A DNA stretch of 64,000 bases from Candidatus Cloacimonadota bacterium (GCA_030613025.1 JAUWMT010000007.1:4882-68881); one strand, 5' to 3'; numbered from the stretch's first letter, positions 9,538-20,090 are shown. Numbers and translations are program-made. Notes: generated by a model not told the origin, from the sequence alone.

Positions 9538-12219
9538 TTATTTGGGTTCGTTGATGATCAGTTCCGCATAAAAGCTGTCTTCAACCTTTATCATGTTGAA
9601 TCCGCGCTCTCTAAACATGTGCAGCATTATATGATTATTAGCTAATATGTTTGCATAGATCTTCTGAATTCCTCTTGCCTTGGCGATCTTACAAATATAA
9701 TCGGTGAACTTATTTCCAAGTCCCTGATTTTGCCATGGATCGGCAATAACAATAGCGAACTCAGCGGTCTCATTGTACTGGTCAGCGATCAATCTGACCA
9801 CTCCAGCCATCATTTGTTTCCCGTTTTCTGTAACCTCTGCAATAATAGCAATTTCGCGGTCATAATCTATTTGTGTATATCGGATAAGTTGCTCGTGTGA
9901 GATGTCCTTAATAAGCTGAAAGAATCGGTATCTCTGAGTTCTCTCGGAAAAATTGGAAAACATCTCTTTCTCCATAAGTTCATCTTCGGGTTTAATCGGT
10001 CTCAAAATGGCTTTCTCACCGTTTTTCATTGTGAATTCAGTAATATATTCCGAAGGATAGGGGGAGATAACGAGATGCTTGTTCGGATATTTTTCTGTAA
10101 ATTGTATGGAATCATCCAGTATAACTTTGGCATCGAGCACAACTCCTCCGCGTTCATCGACCCCAAAGGGATTGATATCTATTTCAGCAATTTGCGGGAA
10201 ATCCATGATCAGGTATGCGAATTTATAAAGCAGGAACTGAATGGAAGTTATGTCTGCACCCGGCATGCCCCTGTATCCTTTTATCAGCTTGTATATTTTT
10301 GTATCTTCAATGATCCTCAAGGCAAGTGCCATATTTAAAGGAGGTAGCCCAACGGTTGTATCCTTGAATACTTCAACTGCCACGCCGCCCATGCCAAAAA
10401 CAATGGTGGGACCGAAGATAGGATCTTTCTTACACCCGATGATCAGCTCATATTTTCTCTTGAGCATCTGCTCGACAAAAACACCACTAATATCGGCATC
10501 GGGCACCTTTGCTATGGAAGATTTCATGATCTTGGTATATGCCTTTCGTGCTTCTTCTATATTCAGAATATTGAGAATAACACCACCTACATCGGTTTTA
10601 TGTAAAATGTCGGGTGATGCGATCTTCATAACAAGGGGATAACCAATTTTATTAGCTAATGTTAATGCTTCTTCCTCTGTTTTTGCCAGTCCATTCTTTA
10701 TTACCGGAATGTCATAATACTTCATCAACTGCTTTGCTTCAAATTCCGTCATAACAGTTCTGTTATCAGCGAGGACTTCATCAATAAGTTTTTTGCTTTT
10801 TGCTTTTTTCGGCTTGAACTCATGTGGTATTTGTGATGGAGTTTCATGAAGGATTTCCAGATTTCGAGAGTAGTCATACATATACATAAAGCATTTTACT
10901 GCATCTTCCGGAATCTGATATACTGGAATTTTGTTTCTTTCCAAAATTTCCTGACCTGATTCGATATCTTCTGCACCCATCCAGGATGCAAGCAAAGTTT
11001 TTCGGTATTTTTTGGCAACGCTTGCAACTTTCTCTGCCACGCGGGTTGGATCTGTCATTGATTGGGGAGTGAGGATCACAAGTATGGCATCGACATTTTT
11101 ATCTTTTGCACATAGTTCGACCGCTTTTTCATATTGTTCGGGTCCAGCGTCTCCAAGTATATCGACAGGATTACTTTTGCTCCAGTTTGGCGAAAGGTGC
11201 TTGTTCAATCCATCTATAGTTTCATCTGATAATTTAGCGATCTTACCACCCTTTGCGATGAGAGTATCTGTTGCAATAACACCGGGACCGCCTGCATTGG
11301 TTATGATAGCGAGCTTATTACCCGCAGGTTTTTCCTGCATAGACAGTGATAGGGCTATATGGAACAGCTCATCAATTGTATTCACTCTTATGATACCTGC
11401 TCTTTTGAAAGCAGCATCAAACACAAAATCATTACCAGCAAGACTTCCGGTGTGTGACATTGCTGCCTGTGCGCCCTCAGAGCTTTTTCCTGCTTTTAGG
11501 ACAATGATCGGTTTGTTGCGTGCAAATGCTCTTGCTGCGCTCATGAAACTTCTGGCATCAGTCAGCGATTCCATATAAATGACAATACTTGTTGTGAACG
11601 GGTCGGCGCCAAAGTAATCGATCAGATCATGAAAGCTGACGTCTATCATCGAGCCGATAGAAACGAAATGGCTGAATCCCACATTCTGATCAACTGACCA
11701 GTCTAGAATTGCAGTACAGAGTGCGCCACTTTGAGAGATGAGTGCAATCTTACCCGGCAAAGCCATCTTATTAGCGAAGCTCGCATTGAGATGTATCGAA
11801 GGTTTGATGAATCCAAGGCAATTCGGTCCGATCAATCTCATGCCGTATTTTCTCAAAGTTGCAGAAATTTGTTTTGTGAGCATTTTGCCTTCTTTGCCGA
11901 TTTCTGAAAAACCCGCAGAGATAAGAAGAATGCCCGAAACACCCGAATATCCGCATGCCTCAACAATTGCAGGGACAGTTTTTGCGGGAGTGGCAATTAT
12001 TGCAAGATCAACTTTATCAGGAACTTCATGTATATTTGCATATGCTTTTACCCCTAAAACATTCGTACGCTTTGGGTTGATAGGATAGACGATGCCGTCA
12101 AATTCTGATCCAATTACATTTTTCATCAGAGAATGACCCACAGTTCCCTTACGAGCAGTCGCACCGATGATAGCGATTACTTTTGGATTAAAAAGTTTGT
12201 CTAATTTCTTAGTACCCAT
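9538..12219 (-). CDS. Pat-like protein lysine acetyltransferase (NDP-forming acyl-CoA synthetase alpha/beta domains fused to C-terminal GNAT)
   Basis: 893 aa with an N-terminal CoA-binding/succinyl-CoA-synthetase-like region, an ATP-grasp middle, and a C-terminal GNAT (…QNQGLGNKF…). Length and order match Pat/YfiQ. Confidence 0.7.
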   Translation of the reverse strand: MGTKKLDKLFNPKVIAIIGATARKGTVGHSLMKNVIGSEFDGIVYPINPKRTNVLGVKAYANIHEVPDKVDLAIIATPAKTVPAIVEACGYSGVSGILLISAGFSEIGKEGKMLTKQISATLRKYGMRLIGPNCLGFIKPSIHLNASFANKMALPGKIALISQSGALCTAILDWSVDQNVGFSHFVSIGSMIDVSFHDLIDYFGADPFTTSIVIYMESLTDARSFMSAARAFARNKPIIVLKAGKSSEGAQAAMSHTGSLAGNDFVFDAAFKRAGIIRVNTIDELFHIALSLSMQEKPAGNKLAIITNAGGPGVIATDTLIAKGGKIAKLSDETIDGLNKHLSPNWSKSNPVDILGDAGPEQYEKAVELCAKDKNVDAILVILTPQSMTDPTRVAEKVASVAKKYRKTLLASWMGAEDIESGQEILERNKIPVYQIPEDAVKCFMYMYDYSRNLEILHETPSQIPHEFKPKKAKSKKLIDEVLADNRTVMTEFEAKQLMKYYDIPVIKNGLAKTEEEALTLANKIGYPLVMKIASPDILHKTDVGGVILNILNIEEARKAYTKIMKSSIAKVPDADISGVFVEQMLKRKYELIIGCKKDPIFGPTIVFGMGGVAVEVFKDTTVGLPPLNMALALRIIEDTKIYKLIKGYRGMPGADITSIQFLLYKFAYLIMDFPQIAEIDINPFGVDERGGVVLDAKVILDDSIQFTEKYPNKHLVISPYPSEYITEFTMKNGEKAILRPIKPEDELMEKEMFSNFSERTQRYRFFQLIKDISHEQLIRYTQIDYDREIAIIAEVTENGKQMMAGVVRLIADQYNETAEFAIVIADPWQNQGLGNKFTDYICKIAKARGIQKIYANILANNHIMLHMFRERGFNMIKVEDSFYAELIINEPK

Positions 12220-12237
12220 TGCTATTTCCTTTATTTA

Positions 12238-13218
12238 TTATATTGATTTCCAATGTTTTGAGAGCGCCTGCAGCGCCAGTGCTTTCCTACCTTCGTATTC
12301 ATAATGAATTTGTATCATTGAGTCTGTTTCACGCTCATGGAACTGCATTTCATCATGATTGATGCCATCCAGAAAACTATAAAGACACTTGGGGAACACC
12401 TCTATATTATAGCCGCCCTCAAGTGTGGCAAATACATTATCGAAGTTGTCAGAAAGTAATTTTCCAATCTTATAATAAGAATTCAAGGTAAAGCGCAAGT
12501 CTAGAAGAAGATCGTACTGATGGGAATCAAAACCTGCTGAGACAGCTACGATATCAGGATTAAATTCCTTGGCGATCGGCAGGAAAGTCTCAACTGCGTC
12601 CATAAAAATTTCATCTCCACTACCCGGAGGTAAGGGAACATTTATTGTGAATCCTTCACCCTTTCCAGCACCGATCTCATTTGCATTTCCGCCACCCGGG
12701 AACGCAGGATATTGATGGAGAGACCAGTATAATACACGATCTGAAGTGTTGAAGAATTTCACAGTTCCATCTCCAAGGTGTCCGTCAAAGTCAAATATCA
12801 GCACGCGCTTACCTTTATTTGCATGATACTGTGCAGCGATTGCGATATTATTGAACAGGCAGAATCCGCTTGATTTATCTATATGGGCATGATGTCCGGG
12901 AGGACGGGTCAAAGAAAAATTGCCTGTTTCGGATGCCATTATCGTAGCGCCAACAGCATAGATCGCAGCTTTATAACTGCCCGGTGATACGATTGTGTCG
13001 TTATCAATATGTCCACCGATCATACATGCCTTTTCGACGTGTTGAATGTATTCGGGAGTATGTACCAGTGTGAGATATTTTTCACCACTCTCGAGTTCTG
13101 TCACCGGCAGGTCGCCTAGCGAAGTCAGCCGCTTTTTATTTTCCGGGTGCATACCCGTATCATGTTCAAGAAATACCGGATTATAGATTAATTGCATTCT
13201 GAACCTTTCTTGTAGCAA
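12238..13218 (-). CDS. Histone deacetylase-family (AcuC/AphA-like) deacetylase
   Basis: 326 aa with HDAC motifs (GFCLFNNIAIAA, DFDGHLGDG, GGGN…). Confidence 0.8.
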   Translation of the reverse strand: MLQERFRMQLIYNPVFLEHDTGMHPENKKRLTSLGDLPVTELESGEKYLTLVHTPEYIQHVEKACMIGGHIDNDTIVSPGSYKAAIYAVGATIMASETGNFSLTRPPGHHAHIDKSSGFCLFNNIAIAAQYHANKGKRVLIFDFDGHLGDGTVKFFNTSDRVLYWSLHQYPAFPGGGNANEIGAGKGEGFTINVPLPPGSGDEIFMDAVETFLPIAKEFNPDIVAVSAGFDSHQYDLLLDLRFTLNSYYKIGKLLSDNFDNVFATLEGGYNIEVFPKCLYSFLDGINHDEMQFHERETDSMIQIHYEYEGRKALALQALSKHWKSI

Positions 13219-13470
13219 GATAAAATATGTATTTTATTATTACTTTCATAATAAGCCGACTAAAATATGCTTCTTTGTTATGGGGTGAAGGCTGTCAAGT
13301 AGTTTGCGCTATACAACATGCATACCCACAAATTTTTTCAGCCACTTAACATTTTGAATGTTAAATCATAGAAGGTTGATAATGTGAATTTAAGAGATAA
13401 GCAATATTATCCCATATAACAATTCTATAAAATTTGGTTCTTTTCAGAATTGAGTGGGCAAATAAAAATA

Positions 13471-14049
13471 ATATCCAATATCCAACCAGCCGTCGCTTAG
13501 GCTATGGCTCGGCAGGCACGGAATATCCATTGAAGAAGGAAAAAGATAGATGAGTGAGTAAGAAAAGAGTGGAGAAAGTAATCAAAAGAAGTTCAATTTG
13601 CGGGAACGTCTTATTGATTTTGCGGTTAGAATTATTCGTGTTTCTGAACAACTACCAGAAATAAAAAATCGGTAAACATATTTCTTCTCAAATACTAAAA
13701 AGCGGTATATCACCCGCTCCCGATTGCGGAGAGGGGCAAAGTGCTGAAACAATCTGAAACCTTGCGAATGGTCTTGACCTTCGCAATGGTTGTGAACGGA
13801 TTACCATTGCGGAGGTTTTCAACCATCCGCAAGGCAATCTAATTGTGGCTGAAAATAATAGTTGGGGTAAAATTAATTCAACCTATAACAAAATTATTCC
13901 CTTTATTACAGGAGACAGACGAGTTGATTTCAATACTTTTGGCGGATATGCCCAGACAAGACGCCTCGATAAATGGATATTGGATATTCCGTGCCTGCCC
14001 CGTGTAATCTTCTTTTTCTTTTATTACACTGTGGTTGGATATTGGATAT
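13471..14049. mobile_element. About 580-bp non-autonomous element or IS remnant bounded by ~70-bp imperfect terminal inverted repeats. It carries a four-helix-bundle-protein gene fragment.
   Basis: Left end is ATATCCAATATCCAACCA…GGCAGGCACGGAATATCCA and right end is TGGATATTCCGTGCCTGCC…GGTTGGATATTGGATAT, the reverse complement. Interior frame encodes …ERLIDFAVRIIRVSEQLPEIKNR*. Confidence 0.5.
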
Positions 14050-14122
14050 TTATATGCATTGGCGTATTCAAATTATAAGTATATCAACCCACTTAAAACT
14101 CAAAAGAGCCTAAAAGAACTAA

Positions 14123-14304
14123 CTTAAGACATGGTCTTCGACTCGCCTTTCGGCGCAGCAGGCATGTCTCAAGGTTCGAAGCTTTCATTAGCGAGCAGAA
14201 GGACACTATTGAACCTTGCGAATGGTCAGATGACCTTCGCAATGGTTCAAATTACAAAAGCATACCATTGTGAAGGTTTACTAAAGTCAACCATTCGCAA
14301 GGCA
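14123..14304. repeat. REP-like structured palindromic repeat (CTTAAGACATG…CATGTCTCAAG plus CCTTGCGAATGGT…ACCATTCGCAAGG)
   Basis: Further copies lie at 93-185, 13760-13836 and 8578-8620, each an inverted-repeat pair. Confidence 0.6.
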
Positions 14305-14636
14305 TCTCAAGTATTTTATATTTTGGGTTAATACCTTTTTTGTGTTGCTAAATTTTTTATAACGAATTGTATATCAGTTAGTTAATAGCGATTTACATTT
14401 TACATTTTGCAAATTTGCACCTCGACTCCTCTTCATTGCAATCCGCCAGCTGGCGGAGTCGAAAAGTGGATATAGATGTAAAATAAATCTTGCCAGAAAA
14501 CACTTCGATTTTCTTCGTGACTTCACATAAAAAGCATTGGTTGAAAATTAAAATTTGTGCAGGATGAACCTGCACCTACCCGTTAGCTGGGGGTAGAGAC
14601 GGGTTTATCCCGTCAATGGTTAAATTATAAAGAAAT

Positions 14637-16295
14637 ATGGAATACACTTTTCTCAAATTATGGTTTCAGGAAAACAAAAAACACCTGACCGGCAGGACTG
14701 TTAGGGATGTGTATTTTAATAATTCTACCTATATTTTTGATCTTTCTTCAATACAATTTGTTGTTTCTATCAATGGGCAAAACCCGTTATGCTTTATTTC
14801 AAAGGAAGTAAAACAGGTCGAAAATAAGGATAATCCTCTTTCGCTTTTGCTCAAGCAGCATCTTATAAAGAGTTCGATCACAAATGCAGAGATAAGAGAA
14901 AACGACAGGGTGCTCATCATCACTTTTGAGAAAGAATCTTTTTATGGCGAAACATCATACTACAAACTTATCATCGAGCTGATCCCGAGATATGAGAACC
15001 TGATCCTCACCCGGCTGGAAAAGGATAGGGATATCATTCTGGACTGCCATAGAAGGATACATATTTCAGATAGTGCGTTTCGGCAATTGTATCCGGGAAT
15101 TCCATACAATTTTCCACCGGCAGTTGTAAAACCTTACATATTTTCTGTGGACAGATCCCAATTCAAAGCTTTATTTCCTGGGGTGCTTCCTGATTCGTGG
15201 AAGGAATTTATCAAAAATTTCAGCAATGCACCGAAATTCTTGAAATATATTTTCAAATCCGGCATGAAAACCAGTGAAATGATGGAATTCATAAACATAA
15301 TCCGTACCACCTGCGAACTTTGGTCAGATAAAAATAATGTATTTTACGATACGAAGAAAAAATATCTTAGCATTTTTAATGCTGATGACTGCCTTGAAAT
15401 GAAAACCGTGAATGATGCCTTTGCCTATATGTATGAGCATGAGATCGTGCAGAATAGGTTCCAGCAAATAAAGGATAGAACTATACATTCTCATATGCGC
15501 AAAAAGAAGAAACTGCTTCGAACTCTCACGCAGCAGAAAAAAGATCTCGATGAATTGAAGGACGCCGAATACTGGCAGAAGATGGGCGAACTCCTGAAAA
15601 TCAATCTTCATAAGATCAAGTGTAGGATGAAAGAAATAGTGGTTACGGATTATTTTGAGGATGGAAATCCTGAAATTTTGATACCTTTAAAAACAGACTG
15701 GACTCCACAGCAAAACATGGCGCACTATTTCAAAAAGTATAAAAAAACACAATCCGGCAAAGAGAAGCTCATCAAGAATATTGCTGCTAATGAAAAGAAG
15801 CTGGAGAAACTTGAAAATCAAATTGCGGAAATCGATGCATGCGAGAATGCAAAAGCCCTTGAGCCAATGCTAAAGGAAAAAGAAACGGGTTCGGGAAAGC
15901 AGAAGAAAGCTGTTCCTTTTAGAAAATTTACCTGCTTCGTTGAAGGCAGGCAATGGGATATTTATGTGGGACGTTCCGGCAAAGAAAATGATGAACTAAG
16001 GCTTCATTTTGCCAAACCCAATGACTGGTTTTTTCATACACGAATATATCACGGATCACATATAATTATAAAAAACCCAACCAAACTCGAACACCTTCCT
16101 GAACGGCTAAGAGAAATCGCAGCGGGTATTGCGGCTTATTACAGCAAAGCAAAGCACTCCACAAAAGTGCCTGTGGATTTTACATTGGTGCGGTATGTAA
16201 CAAAACCCAGGAAAAGTGCTCCCGGGTTTGTTGTGTATAAAATTCACAAGACAGTGTTCGTGGACCCGATCGATCCAAGAACTTTGCAGTTATGA
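14637..16295 (+). CDS. rqcH: RqcH/FbpA-like NFACT-family protein (ribosome quality control)
   Basis: 552 aa with an N-terminal NFACT-N-like region, a coiled-coil middle, and a C-terminal NFACT-R motif GRSGKENDELRLHFAKPNDWFFHTRIYHGSHIII. Confidence 0.65.
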   Translation: MEYTFLKLWFQENKKHLTGRTVRDVYFNNSTYIFDLSSIQFVVSINGQNPLCFISKEVKQVENKDNPLSLLLKQHLIKSSITNAEIRENDRVLIITFEKESFYGETSYYKLIIELIPRYENLILTRLEKDRDIILDCHRRIHISDSAFRQLYPGIPYNFPPAVVKPYIFSVDRSQFKALFPGVLPDSWKEFIKNFSNAPKFLKYIFKSGMKTSEMMEFINIIRTTCELWSDKNNVFYDTKKKYLSIFNADDCLEMKTVNDAFAYMYEHEIVQNRFQQIKDRTIHSHMRKKKKLLRTLTQQKKDLDELKDAEYWQKMGELLKINLHKIKCRMKEIVVTDYFEDGNPEILIPLKTDWTPQQNMAHYFKKYKKTQSGKEKLIKNIAANEKKLEKLENQIAEIDACENAKALEPMLKEKETGSGKQKKAVPFRKFTCFVEGRQWDIYVGRSGKENDELRLHFAKPNDWFFHTRIYHGSHIIIKNPTKLEHLPERLREIAAGIAAYYSKAKHSTKVPVDFTLVRYVTKPRKSAPGFVVYKIHKTVFVDPIDPRTLQL

Positions 16296-16296
16296 T

Positions 16297-17196
16297 CTAA
16301 TTTTCTATTTCGTCATCCGCCAGCTGGCGGATGTCATGAAAGGTGAGGAGGGGTGATGAGGTGTGATAGAAGACTTTTTTCGTAATACTCGGATGGAATA
16401 ATTTGGCGAGCAATCCGCGCTTGTGATGAAGCAGTGCAACCAGATTTATCTCTTTATCTTTGATATATTCCTCGACTGCTTTGAGTACATCCTTATCCTG
16501 AACGATTTCAAAGAACATTGCACCTTTTTTGAATTCTTCTTCAAAATGTTCCTTCAGGTAATTCATAAGCATATTATCAATAAGGTCTTTGTTTGAATGC
16601 TCCACATGCAGGCAGTGGATCTTCACCTTGAAGGGATCGAGCATGTGTACAAGATTTTCAACAGCAGATATATCCGACTCGTCAAAATCAGTGATATAGA
16701 GCACATTTCGGATCTTTGCATATTCTATATTTTCGGGTATTGTGAGCACAGGTATCGGTGCATGTTCCATAATTTTGAGTGCAATACTTCCCAGTATTTT
16801 GTCTGATTTATGTCCCCGCCCCGAAGAACTCATGATGACCATGTCGGGGTGATAGGTATCACAAATATCCAGGATCTCATATTCTGCCATGCCATTCATG
16901 ACTTTTGTTTTGAGGTGTATGTTTTTTATTCCATCATCCTCGAGTATTTTATCAAGTTTATTTTTCAGGCGTTTCATGCCAGCTTTTGCTGCTTTTTCAA
17001 TATTGTCCATTATCTCGGGAGTAATAAGCGTCGAGCTGTCCACCACATCATCGGTCATATCTGCTGATGCAATGGGATACATATATGCATGGAACAGCAT
17101 GATCTCTGTTTCTTCCTTTTCGGCAAAATGAATGGCATAATTACATGCGCATTCTGTGTTTTCTGAAAAATCTACGGGCACAACTAATTTTTTCAT
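16297..17196 (-). CDS. Tandem universal stress protein (UspA) domain protein
   Basis: 299 aa with two Usp-like halves. Confidence 0.7.
   Translation of the reverse strand: MKKLVVPVDFSENTECACNYAIHFAEKEETEIMLFHAYMYPIASADMTDDVVDSSTLITPEIMDNIEKAAKAGMKRLKNKLDKILEDDGIKNIHLKTKVMNGMAEYEILDICDTYHPDMVIMSSSGRGHKSDKILGSIALKIMEHAPIPVLTIPENIEYAKIRNVLYITDFDESDISAVENLVHMLDPFKVKIHCLHVEHSNKDLIDNMLMNYLKEHFEEEFKKGAMFFEIVQDKDVLKAVEEYIKDKEINLVALLHHKRGLLAKLFHPSITKKVFYHTSSPLLTFHDIRQLADDEIEN
16311..16338. terminator. Bidirectional rho-independent terminator between convergent rqcH and usp genes
   Basis: Perfect palindrome CATCCGCCAGCTGGCGGATG flanked by T/A runs. Confidence 0.55.
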
Positions 17197-17214
17197 AAGT
17201 ACCTCTCTGATAGT

Positions 17215-17757
17215 TTATTTCTTAAGGTTTTTAAATGGCAAATAGGTCATAAAATCAGCATGATGAATGATGAGCCCTTCTGTTGTCCGTGTGAAGGAAT
17301 CTCCTTCTTTGGAATGAACTGCGATCACATGGCATACTTCGTCCGGCACATCACATGCCTGGGCAAGAGATACGCCGGTAAAGGCATGACGAAGAAGCTG
17401 ACCGGATTTGCTGAACTTGATCGAATCGCCATCTTTTTCATATTCAAGGAGTTTGCCAACGTCAGCAAGTATCGCACCTGCAACAACGACATCGAGGTTA
17501 ATAGGAAGCTCATCACCAAAGAATTTCTGCATGATCTTAGCTGATTCATAGGCAACATGAACCACTGCGCGTTTATGTGCCATGAAGCTTACTTTGCAGT
17601 CTTCAACAAGAAGGGTGAAAGGAATTCTTTGAAGGTCTTCGGGTGTTAGCACACTTTTATTAAATGCCAATTCCCAGGTTGCTGCGATCTTTTCACGAAG
17701 ATCTTCATTCTCAATCCAATCCAGCTCTGGCCAGAGTACTTTAATTTCTTTTTCCAT
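17215..17757 (-). CDS. HD-domain phosphohydrolase
   Basis: H…HD-like motifs (HKRAVVHVAYE, AGAILADVGK). Confidence 0.5.
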   Translation of the reverse strand: MEKEIKVLWPELDWIENEDLREKIAATWELAFNKSVLTPEDLQRIPFTLLVEDCKVSFMAHKRAVVHVAYESAKIMQKFFGDELPINLDVVVAGAILADVGKLLEYEKDGDSIKFSKSGQLLRHAFTGVSLAQACDVPDEVCHVIAVHSKEGDSFTRTTEGLIIHHADFMTYLPFKNLKK

Positions 17758-18202
17758 GTTTTTTTACCTTTAGTTTGGTTTCTATTAATGTTTTATGTGG
17801 TAATCGAAGAAGGTTTGCGATCTTGTGGGCAAGATAATCCTCATAAGTGTCGAGTATTTCATCTGCATAGATGATTCTCCAGAGATTTTCAAGAACCTTT
17901 ATTTTCTCTTCATCGGAAAAATTTTGATTTATCAGATTGGTGAACTGCCATAGATCAATGCTTTCGTCGAGGGTGTGTTCGGATTTTTCTATAAGTGCAT
18001 GAACTTCTTCTTCAGATAAAGAGAATTCTTTTTTCAGGATATCGATAATGGTTTTTCGTTCCTGATCTGAAAAGTGCTCATCACTATTTGCGATTTCCAG
18101 AAAAAGAGCGCAGGTAGCGATCTGGATTTTCTTTTCCAGAGATTCAGTATCAGTAAGTTCATCATCATACTGTGCCTGAAATAAATTCTTCAAATTAAAC
18201 AT
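17741..18202 (-). CDS. TerB-like (tellurite resistance TerB / DjlA N-terminal-like) domain protein
   Basis: 153 aa acidic helical protein with a TerB-like pattern (ALFLEIANSDEHFSDQERKTI…LWRIIYADEILD). Confidence 0.5.
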   Translation of the reverse strand: MFNLKNLFQAQYDDELTDTESLEKKIQIATCALFLEIANSDEHFSDQERKTIIDILKKEFSLSEEEVHALIEKSEHTLDESIDLWQFTNLINQNFSDEEKIKVLENLWRIIYADEILDTYEDYLAHKIANLLRLPHKTLIETKLKVKKHGKRN

Positions 18203-18203
18203 G

Positions 18204-20090
18204 TCAGTTCTTTAGAGACGCCATTCGTTCTGTAAAGATTTTGTTCGTCGGATCGATCTTACCGGCATTTTCATAAGCTTCTCTTGCCTTCTCAATATTG
18301 TCCTGCTCTTTATTAATATCACCGAGAAGAATGTATTGATCGAAGTTAAATCCATTCAACTTGATCGCCTTATCCAGGGCATCACCAGCTTCAGCATATT
18401 TTTCAAGATGATAGAGCGCTTTTGCTTTGAGAAAATAAAAAAACCAGATAGGATTTGATTCAAGTGCTATATTCGCTTGATCAAGAGCTTGTACATAATT
18501 ACTATCCGCAATATGAAAATCAATAGTATATTTCATCGGAGAAATGTAAGCAGGTGAAATTGCTAATGCTCTATCAAAATAGATTTCTGCTGAATATTTT
18601 TCGTTTTTTTGATGATAGATACGCCCAAGATAGAATTGCGGCGGTGCGTAGTTGCTTGCAAGCATGGAAGCTTTTGTATATTGTTGTTCCGCTTCTGCGA
18701 GGTTTCCTTCTTTTTCGTACATGAGACCCTTGTTGATGGCTTCTATAACGGTATCTGAGATTTCGTCATTTGTAGCAAGACAGGAGAGATATTGGAGTTC
18801 AAGAAGATCGAGCAACTGCTCATCAGTGCATTTTATGAAGGAGTCTGAAATTTTCTGTGAAAAACCCTCTATATCCTTTGAACCAAGTGCATTGAAAGCG
18901 CTGATTATCTCGTAAAAGGGTTGTTTTTCGGCTATGAGCTGGTTTTCAAGATTGATCATTGCACTGTCACCCAGCACGTATTGATCTCTTTCTATTATAA
19001 TGTTGAGCAGGTTGATTGCTGCTAGGAAATCATCGAGCCATTCGAGAAGTGCAAGCCGGTCTCTTTGCTCCGGAAAGAAGTCAATGATGCTGGCATCTAT
19101 CTGGTGAAGACTATCAATAGTGTGAATGCTATCAGTGTAACACAGCATTCTGCTTAGCAGGTCTATATAAAAAGCAAAGCGGTTGTCAGAGTAGTGTCCT
19201 GTTTCAAAAATTGATAGCTTTTGAAGTTTGAATTCATCAGTATATTTTTGCAGAAGATCACCGGATTCGCTCACGATCTGTGATAGTTTTTCTTTGAGAG
19301 TATTGCTTTCGCTGGTCTGTGTATAATTAAAATATATAAGAAAAGTATCCTGCGCAGCGGCTGTCTCTGCATGGAGATCTTCCAGTTGGACAAGATTCTC
19401 CTCACTGAGAGATCTCATGAGTTCGAGTTTCAGCATATTAAATTCGGGTTGCTTTTTATCAATAGTGGTTTTTACATCCTTCTTAAGTATTTGCATAACC
19501 AACCGATGAAAGGAAAGCCCTTCAACTTCCGGCTTATTGCTCAAGAAATACTTGAGCACGGTAAAGGACTCAATATACTTTTTTTCATCTGCAAGTTCAG
19601 CGCCCAGAGTATAACATTGGCTGTAAACATCATAATTAGGCCAGAATATTTCGGGAAGGGTGAGAGATTGAGAGTTTCCAAATTCATTAAAGAACGAAAA
19701 AGTCGTTGCGAGCACAAATTCACTTTTTGGATAAGCTGCAATAACCTCAAAGAGCTTGTTATTCGTATTATATTTCGGGATAATATTCTGCTGATGAATA
19801 ATGTTGCCGTTCTGTTTTATGTGTATGAAGGCAATGTCATCATCAAGGTCTTTTTCTTTGAATACCCAAGTGCCCATCGGTTGATAGCAGAAGTAAAGTG
19901 TATCGACCTTATGAAATTCCTCCACATTAAGTGATTCCAAACCTTCTATATTACACAGATGAATTGATATTATCTTTTCTTTGGAAGGCGGAAAGGTTTT
20001 CTTCTCTTTATACAAGAGATTTGTTTCCTGTGCAAAAAGAGCACATACACAAAAAACGAAAATGAAAAACAAAACTAATATTTTTTTCAT
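18204..20090 (-). CDS. Secreted TPR-repeat protein
   Basis: Signal peptide, with TPR-like repeats in the C-terminal third. Confidence 0.6.
   Translation of the reverse strand: MKKILVLFFIFVFCVCALFAQETNLLYKEKKTFPPSKEKIISIHLCNIEGLESLNVEEFHKVDTLYFCYQPMGTWVFKEKDLDDDIAFIHIKQNGNIIHQQNIIPKYNTNNKLFEVIAAYPKSEFVLATTFSFFNEFGNSQSLTLPEIFWPNYDVYSQCYTLGAELADEKKYIESFTVLKYFLSNKPEVEGLSFHRLVMQILKKDVKTTIDKKQPEFNMLKLELMRSLSEENLVQLEDLHAETAAAQDTFLIYFNYTQTSESNTLKEKLSQIVSESGDLLQKYTDEFKLQKLSIFETGHYSDNRFAFYIDLLSRMLCYTDSIHTIDSLHQIDASIIDFFPEQRDRLALLEWLDDFLAAINLLNIIIERDQYVLGDSAMINLENQLIAEKQPFYEIISAFNALGSKDIEGFSQKISDSFIKCTDEQLLDLLELQYLSCLATNDEISDTVIEAINKGLMYEKEGNLAEAEQQYTKASMLASNYAPPQFYLGRIYHQKNEKYSAEIYFDRALAISPAYISPMKYTIDFHIADSNYVQALDQANIALESNPIWFFYFLKAKALYHLEKYAEAGDALDKAIKLNGFNFDQYILLGDINKEQDNIEKAREAYENAGKIDPTNKIFTERMASLKN

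Noticed and set aside
13845-14078. 77-aa ORF (MAENNSWGKINSTY…)
   Set aside because: It lies inside the IR-bounded repeat element and spans the terminal inverted repeat. It is low-complexity and has no start context.
14131-14331. 66-aa ORF
   Set aside because: It is wholly contained in the REP-like palindromic repeat copy and is more likely structured non-coding DNA.
13218-14636. Possibility of a group II intron, rRNA or riboswitch in the long non-coding gap
   Set aside because: No RT ORF, no domain V-like hairpin with GTGYG, and no rRNA-like conserved stretches. It is better explained by an IS/MITE remnant plus REP repeats.
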